From an uncultured Planctomycetia bacterium (lineage in GTDB: Bacteria; Omnitrophota; Gorgyraeia; 2-01-FULL-45-10), in the NCBI GenBank assembly GCA_964450115.1, contig CAYVCD010000002.1, positions 1 to 53,652 of the forward strand: 53,652 nt of DNA, given 5' to 3'. Positions 1 through 7,700 of the stretch are shown here, in pieces; within the stretch, counting starts at the first letter, position 1; every line of letters starts with the position of its first letter. The notes under the pieces are model-generated. The model did not search any database and was not told the DNA's origin. It saw only the letters and a program-made list of their open reading frames with translations. Made by a program: the position numbers and the translations under genes.

Positions 1-26
1 CCGCAAGCTTCGCCGTCTCTGCTGAT

Positions 27-725
27 GTGAAAAATTACAAAGGTTATATGGACGGAATACTCGTAGTCGATAAGCCTCAAGGGTGCACCAGCCACGATAT
101 CGTGGACTTTATCAGAAAGAAATTCGGGCTGAAGAAGGTGGGCCATGCGGGTACGCTCGATCCGATGGCTACCGGCGTGCTTGTCATACTTATAGGTAAG
201 TTCACCAAATTATCCAACTCCTTCCTCGGCGCAGACAAAGAATACGACGCCACATTGACGCTTGGCGGTACCTCGGATACAGGCGACGCGTGGGGCAAGA
301 TCACCCCCGGGGTTTCAACGCCGGGGGTTGAAAATGGTATTATAGAGGATGTTTTTAAGAGATTCATAGGACCTATCGAACAGGTGCCACCGGCGTATTC
401 CGCTGTAAAATTCAAAGGCAGGAAACTTTATGAATTCGCCAGAAAAGGGATTGAAGTCAAGGTTGAGCCGAGAAAGATAGTCATAAAAGAACTAAAAATA
501 TATAAGATAGAAGGACAGGAAGTATCTTTCGTCACTACCTGTTCAAAAGGCACCTATATCAGGCAGCTCTGTATAGATATAGGTAAGGAGCTCGAGTGCG
601 GCGCTTATCTATCGAGGCTTCGCAGGACCAGATCCGGTGATTTTACAATCAAAGAGGCCACTGCTCTGGAAGAATTGAAGGGTATGGATACAGAGACATT
701 AAAAAAGAGGCTAAGATCAGCATGA
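27..725 (+). CDS. truB: tRNA pseudouridine(55) synthase TruB
   Basis: TruB signatures GILVVDKPQGCTSHDIV and KVGHAGTLDPMATGVLVILIG (catalytic Asp in GTLDP). The track start is GTG at 27; ATG at 48 (MDGILVVDKP) is the more typical N-terminus. The stop overlaps the ribF start (ATGA at 722-725). Confidence 0.9.
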   Translation: MKNYKGYMDGILVVDKPQGCTSHDIVDFIRKKFGLKKVGHAGTLDPMATGVLVILIGKFTKLSNSFLGADKEYDATLTLGGTSDTGDAWGKITPGVSTPGVENGIIEDVFKRFIGPIEQVPPAYSAVKFKGRKLYEFARKGIEVKVEPRKIVIKELKIYKIEGQEVSFVTTCSKGTYIRQLCIDIGKELECGAYLSRLRRTRSGDFTIKEATALEELKGMDTETLKKRLRSA

Positions 726-1606
726 AGAAGTCTGTAGTGACGATCGGAGTATTCGACGGCGTCCATATCGGGCATCAGGCCGTCATAAAGAAAGTCGTAA
801 TGAGATCACGAGCGATAGGCGCGAGAGCGATAGCCATTACCTTTGACCCTCATCCTATGAAGTTATTATCGGCCAGCCACTTTGTTCCCAGCCTCATCTC
901 TCTGAAGCACAGGATAAGGCTCATAAAAGAGCTTGGCATAGATAGCGTGACTGTATTGAAGTTCGACAGAAAGATGGCGGATATAACTGCGGAAAAATTT
1001 GTAAAGAATATATTAATAAAAAGATTTAATACAAAAGAAGTATTTGTCGGTGAAGATTTTCGTTTCGGCGCCGGAGCCGAAGCCGACGCGAATATCCTGA
1101 AAGAGATAGGCCGAGCCTACGCTATTAAAGTCAACATAGTAAAAGATGTAAAGAAGGACGGGGCGGTGGTAAGCTCCAGCATTATCAGGCAATTCGTCGT
1201 AAGAGGCGAGATCGATATGGCGTCAGGGCTTTTGGGCAGGTCGTACTCGATACTGGGCACGGTAGTGGGCGGCGCAAAGCTAGCGCGTGTCCTTGGCTAC
1301 CCTACGGCAAATTTAAATCCCCATCATGAAGCAGTTCCTCCTAGCGGCGTCTACGCAGTTAAGATCATATTCAACAAAAAAACTTTCAAGGGCGTTATGA
1401 ATATTGGTGTTAAGCCGACATTCTACGATCATGGCCATGACAAGGAACCTGCTATAGAGGTGCATATATTCAGCTTTCATTCTAGAATATACGGCAAAGA
1501 TCTTGAAGTGCTTTTTGTAAAGAAGCTTAGAGATGAGAAGAAGTTTAAAACTCAAGATGAACTGATATCACAGATCAAGAAAGATGTTAAGTCTTCAAAA
1601 AGCTAG
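722..1606 (+). CDS. ribF: bifunctional riboflavin kinase / FMN adenylyltransferase
   Basis: N-terminal VVTIGVFDGVHIGHQ nucleotidyltransferase motif. C-terminal riboflavin-kinase half (GRSYSILGTVVGGAKLARVLGYPTANL ... EVHIFSF ... YGKDLEV). Coupled to truB by a 4-nt overlap. Confidence 0.9.
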   Translation: MKKSVVTIGVFDGVHIGHQAVIKKVVMRSRAIGARAIAITFDPHPMKLLSASHFVPSLISLKHRIRLIKELGIDSVTVLKFDRKMADITAEKFVKNILIKRFNTKEVFVGEDFRFGAGAEADANILKEIGRAYAIKVNIVKDVKKDGAVVSSSIIRQFVVRGEIDMASGLLGRSYSILGTVVGGAKLARVLGYPTANLNPHHEAVPPSGVYAVKIIFNKKTFKGVMNIGVKPTFYDHGHDKEPAIEVHIFSFHSRIYGKDLEVLFVKKLRDEKKFKTQDELISQIKKDVKSSKS

Positions 1607-1616
1607 CTGTAATCGC

Positions 1617-1644
1617 TTGACAGGACCTTTCGGTATGGTAAACT
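1617..1644 (+). promoter_or_regulatory. candidate sigma-70 promoter with extended -10, directly after the ribF stop
   Basis: TTGACA (1617-1622), 16-nt spacer ending in TGg, TAAACT (1639-1644). Predicted only; a start near 1651 would lie upstream of the hairpin at 1697-1731. Confidence 0.45.
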
Positions 1645-1696
1645 AGTATCACGTCTTTAGTTTTACAGCGTAAATAATTCCGGCGTAAATTTTGAT

Positions 1697-1731
1697 AATG
1701 CTTGGCGGCTTAAAGCCCAAGCATTTTTTTA
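1697..1731 (+). terminator. Rho-independent terminator-like hairpin (ribF terminator and/or attenuator in the giant ORF1 leader)
   Basis: AATGCTTGG (1697-1705) pairs with CCAAGCATT (1717-1725), 11-nt loop, followed by a T-run to about 1730. It ends 48 nt before the ORF1 ATG. Confidence 0.7.
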
Positions 1732-1778
1732 TTTGTAAAAATGTTTAATAACTTCAACTAAACAGGAGAAGATAGATA

Positions 1779-4700
1779 ATGAAAAAGGTAAATCGCATAA
1801 TTTCCGCAATAGTCCTAGCGGCTTTTCTTTGCAACACATTCCTTGTCGACGCATCTTTTGCTCAGGACATCCTTGGTAACAGAAACTCATCTACTCTCGG
1901 CATATCCTTAAAATCCGATGACATGCTTGGTATTGAACGTCAGGATATGCACACCATATCTATGTGGTTCAGGGGGTGTTTGGTTTTAATCGCAAAGAAA
2001 GGATTATCAGTTAACCTCGAGAATTTAAAGAACCCAAAAGTATTGTCAGATGAAGTCCTCGATGGGATGAAAGACTTTAGATTCCTAAGGCATAGCGATA
2101 TTTCGCAGGATCCGATTACCGGTGTTATACAAATAAAGGTACGCAGGCGTGCCGGACTATCGATGAAGACATACTGGGTGGAGTATCTGCCGAGTGGAGA
2201 TCGACTCAGGGTTTATCCGGATGGCGCACAAGTTCCGCCGTTCGCTCCACACAGGCCACCGGCACCAAATGCGCGCGAATTTGACATTCTAGGCAAGGCC
2301 GGAGTAGTAGTCGGAAGGCAGACCAATCGCAGAGTTGCGGAAAATACTGCTGCGGGTCTGGACGAAAGTCAGACAGCGAAAGCGCAAGGCAGGCCCGATG
2401 AAAAGGAAGCCCACAGCAGAACCAGCCGCCTCGAAGGAAGACAGACGAATCCGGGTGCCACGGCAAGATTTATGACCGGCAAAGACCAGCCCGCGGCGGG
2501 GCGCGAAGCGGCAATGACATCTCAAGCTATTATGGATCAATTTCCCGATGTTCTTGGGACGCTGAAAGATCCGCTCGATAAGTTGTTTGACACGGGTGCC
2601 ATAGAACGCGATATTAAGGTATCTCCTTTGCTTAAGAAGGAGATTAACGAAAAAATCAAAAAGATCATCAGGAAGCATCGCACCACCGGCTTCATTGTAT
2701 TATTGGTGTATATGCTTCATAGAATAGAAGAAGCTGATGCCGTAATTAGAAGCAACCATTCCGGTGGCATAGTAGACCATGAGTCATCATTAGTAGATCG
2801 CTGCTGGTTTATTTTTAAACCTTATCAGATAGGTATAATTAATTATGCCATGTATATGACTCCGGCTCGTACAGTCGTTTCTGCGTTGATGGAGGTCCTG
2901 TATCATATAGAAAGAAAGAGCCCGAAACTTAAAGATGCAACACTTCAGGCGCGGGCTTCCATATTGCCGGGAACAGACTTGGGTAGAGCTTTGCTTGGAG
3001 AGCCTCGAGGCCGCACCAAGCCCGGCAAGAGCCCGGAGAACCTGATTAAATTAATAGCATTAAAATATGGCGCTGGCAAAACTCTATCAGCTCCTATGCT
3101 GTTGGAATGGTATGAGGAAAATTATGATAAGTTAGGGTTCGAAAATCCCGCGAAGCACGAATCGGCGCTTACGACTGTTGAGCGCGATCTGTATAAGTTG
3201 GACAATTCCCTGCTAGGACAAAGGCTAGTCGAGCCGTTGCTGGATTCAGAAAAAACATACGATCCTAATAATCCGCAAAGTCAATGGAAGAGGGGTAGCA
3301 AAGGAGAATTTTTATTTAGATTAACCATATCCGGTATCCAAGGAGTGGCTGAAGCAGCTATGCAGCTTTTTGCAAGCATAGCACCGGCGTCGGCAACTAA
3401 GCATGAACTTTCCGTCATGAGCAGTATAACAGAATTGGCGATCAGACCCGACGTTATAAGGATTTTAATGGATAAGTGGGGGCTGATTATCGTAGGAGGC
3501 CTGTCAAGCATTAGCCGTGAAGATTTGAGTTGGACGCCTGGTATTGAGGAGAGCGATGTAAAGAGTATAGAAGGAATTTTAGGCGCCATTGACCTTAATT
3601 TAAGAAAGGTTGATAAAGCGGTACCAGAGATCCGGATAGCGCAGGCCTTGCATGAAGCTCTCGATACCAGCATAAGAGAAGATATCGATTTTAACCATGC
3701 GTATGATCCTGGATGCATAGAGCGTTATATGATGCCTTTGGATATGCCAGCAGCTGCTCAATCCAGAATGTTACATGAAGTTAAAAAATGGCTGAACCAA
3801 AAGAAAAATTCACCAGCAGATGCTATAGGGGCTTTTGATTATAAGCTTGTTGATATTCCGCCGTACGAGCCCGGTGTGATTTTATGGAATGTATATAATA
3901 AAGTCATGGAAAAACCAGAAATCAGTAAACTTGTCGCGAAGGGCAGGACAAGAAACTCGGCTTTTAGAGTTATTGCAGCTATGATGGCAGAGCTTGAAGC
4001 AAGGTATGGGCTGGATAAAAGGCATGTTACAAATACCTACGCTACAGGCGAAAGCCTGACCGGCGGCAAGGAAGAGGTAGCACCCGCGCCTGCGGCAACA
4101 GTAAAAAGAACTAAGGCTATCAACGAGATATGGAAGGGGCTCTCTGGGCAAACAGATATAAGGAAGCCGATAAATTTATTCACCGAATCAATGATTGAAG
4201 ATGACTGGGTAAGGGTAGCGGTTGGATCTTTAGCCGAAGAGATGATCGCGGGAATTGAAGGGTTAAAAATTTACTCGAAGGCCGGGAAGGTCCCTGATGT
4301 TTGGGGGTCTACCGATATCTATACGATATATTTAAAACTCACCTTCAAAGCAAGACTTAATTCGATTAGGGATAGAAATTTATCCGCCCGGAAACTGAAA
4401 GCAGTAAAAGAATGGTTAATTCAGGAAAGCCGGAAGCTGGCAGCTCTGGACACTTCTTTGAATAACACGCTCCTTCCTTTATTGTCTCCTGTCGAAACGA
4501 TGCCGGAAACACCCGCGCCTGCGATAACGTCAGCGCCGACGAAAGCGGATCCTATGCTCAAAGAGATGCAAGCTGCGCTTGCGGAAGGAAAAGATCTAGA
4601 AGTCAGAGGAATGTTTACCAGCGCAGGAGATGCATATTTGACTGGATTGACCATATTCCCGGGAATCAGTGCAAGCAGGCAGGTCATAGGGGTAGCGATA

Positions 4701-7700
4701 GAGTTAAATGAAAGACATGCCAATCTATTAGTTAAATTAGGAGACGCCTCTAATTACCAGCATTACAGAAACCAGGCGCAGGATCTTCGCAAAATATTAG
4801 CTCAGCATAAAGACGGCGGGGAGGATGCGCACTTTTTCGCGGAACGAGTACCTCGTATGACTGCGACAGAGTTGGCGCATTATGTTATGAATAGCAGCAT
4901 AGGATATGTCCAGGCGTGTATTGCGATCAGGGTACTAAGTAATCCTGGACACGAAGCGCTGCTGAAAGGATTTTTGGAAAAATTGTATTCGGAGCTTGGC
5001 ATAAAAAATGCTATTGATACGCATTTGACAAGGATAAAAGTCGATGCGTATATTATAGAACTTAATAGCCAGAAAAAATCTGTTCCCGTGGCAAAGAGTA
5101 TCATCGCAAATCTATCTGCACCTGCGGCAACGCCAGAGCTTACTAATTCGCAAGTCGCATCGCTTACTAAAGATCCGCGGCTTCCATTGTTAGTGCTGAA
5201 GCTGTTTGATGCTTATCTGCCCGGCCATCCTAGATTCCATGTTGCTGCACATATCCGCTTCGACGTTACTACATATGAAGAAATTCGCAGTATAGTCGCA
5301 GAATGTTATCCGGCATTAGGGTCAAAATCATTGGTTAATATGCCATATTGTGAAGCTGAGGCAGAGCTGGAATCAGCCGCAAAACAAGGGCTATTAATTT
5401 CTCCGGATAGAAATATTAAAGCGGATAGCCCTCTCTACAATCTCTATAGTATAACACCAAAAGGTCAAGAAGAGGCAGATGCAATTTTCTCACTCTATAA
5501 GCATCTTTCCACTTCCGGAGTGGAAAGCGGTACAGCCAAACCAGTCGCGCCTGCGGCAACGCCAGCGCCGGCAGCGGAGCCTGATCAGGCAGCCGCGGGC
5601 GCTGTTATTACCGTAGGTGGGGAGACCTTAAAACTACGAGAAACGCCTGAGAGAGAGTTCTTTCCGCGAGGTGTGCGCAATGAGTTGAATCTCCTTCGAG
5701 AGACGATCTTCGGTGTCACGGAGGAAAAGGGCGCCTCTTTTGAGGATATAAAAGCGGCGCTTGCCACTCAATATTTCAAGTTTTTAGATACGGCTACGTT
5801 CACCGATATATCTTCGCTCACCGAAAACAGCCTGAATGCACATTATGAAGGAGGTTATGACGGCGGCACAGAGCTTGTGGGCCGCATAAAATATATGGTC
5901 GTCCTGCGCTATACGACCGGTATCGTTAGGCGCGTTCCCCATACGGCAATCGTCGTGCTTGCGTCAGGTAAGACAACCATCGATATGGCCGCAATAACCA
6001 ATTTTGTGTTGTATAAAGTCATAGACGAAGATTCGATGCCTGCCGCGCAAAGACTGATTATACCGCAGGTCCCTGCCGCCGAACCAGCCGCGGGCGCGGA
6101 GGAAATCTTATCCGCTCAGCGTATTTCCAGCATGACTGCCGATGGATTGGCTGTTTATGTGATGAAGGCGGAGAAGGGCTCGACGTACGTGACTGATATT
6201 TTAAGATTATTCACGCCGACATCATCAACACTTACAGGATTCATCACTTCGTTGTCAAAGAAGCTCGTTTTAGCGAAGCCTGCGGATATTGGATTGACCA
6301 TAAGATCTTTGGCGAGCGCGCTCAGGAAGCTTGCAGAAGTACCTGGATCTGTATCCGCGCAACTAGACCCGTCCATTAGCCCTGGAGAGTGGACAATCGA
6401 AACGAAGCAGATGTTGTTCAAGCGTTATACAAGTTTATTCGAAGGTCAGTCGGGCATTAAAGATGAGTTACGCAATATCATTGATCTGATCTCACGCCCG
6501 GGAGGCCTGAGGCCGTCAGTAAATAAGTTGAATATGGATATACACAATGGCGTTTACGGTGCCGCCTCCCATATATTGCCATCGATCTATTATATGGGAG
6601 CGGGAGATCAGGAATACTATCCTTTGCTTGTAAAAGATGACGCCGGCAACATTATCCCAGTGGTGATCAAGAATAGATTAGTAAGGGCCGGCGGAGAACA
6701 AATAAGGCGGGAGCTCAGTCCCTATATAATATCTAAAATGCCGGACGATGATATTCGCTTCATGATCAAGAATTTGTCGGCAGGCGAGCCCGCATTCGTC
6801 ACGGATTCATGGCTCGATTATCTCGACTTAAGGTACCTTGCGGCATATTGCGGCACGACAGAGGCCAGGCCTGCGGCAACGCCGGCGCCGGCACAAAATG
6901 ACACTCTTCAAGCGCATCTGCGAGATATTGCCGCGAGGATAGTGCCGGCTAACGGCGGTATCTTGGCTGCGGATGAGAGTACGGGCACGGCGGGTAAAAG
7001 GTTAGAATCGGTAGGCCTTCCTAATACTCCGGAGAATCGTCAGACGATGCGCCAGCTTATACTCATGGTGCCTGGGCTGAAAAATGCGGGCGTCAGCGCG
7101 GTTATTCTTTACAGCGAAACTTTTGATAATTTGGGTAAAAATGACGAAAACCTGGTGCAGGAGCATCTGGTGAAGAGAGGTATTCTACCCGGGATAAAAA
7201 CAGATGCGGGCCTTATCGATGATCCGGATAGCCCAGGCGAAAAACTTCCCGATCCAAAAGGCCTTCAAAAGTTACCTGAACTTTTGGCAAAGTATAAGGC
7301 AAAAGGCGCCGTCTTTACCAAGTGGCGCGTGACCCTATCCATCGATACTGTAAAAGGCCTGCCTACCGACGCTAATATCCGCAAGAATGCCGTAGTTTTG
7401 GCAAATTCCGCCAAACAGACGCAAGAAGCGGATTTAGTTCCTATTATTGAACCGGAGGTCTTACTGGACGGCTCTCACGATATTGCCGCCAGCTATAAAG
7501 CAACCACTCGTACTCTTGAGATAGTTTTTGAGGAACTGGCCAAGGCGGGCGTATGGCTGGATGGAGTCGTCTTGAAAACGAGTATGATCCTCTCTGGCAA
7601 TAAAGCCGCCAATCGCGCTGATAGCGAAATGGTGGGGTATCAAACGCTCAAGGGGCTTCTTAAAACGGTCCCCCAAGAAGTACCTGCGATAGTATTTTTA

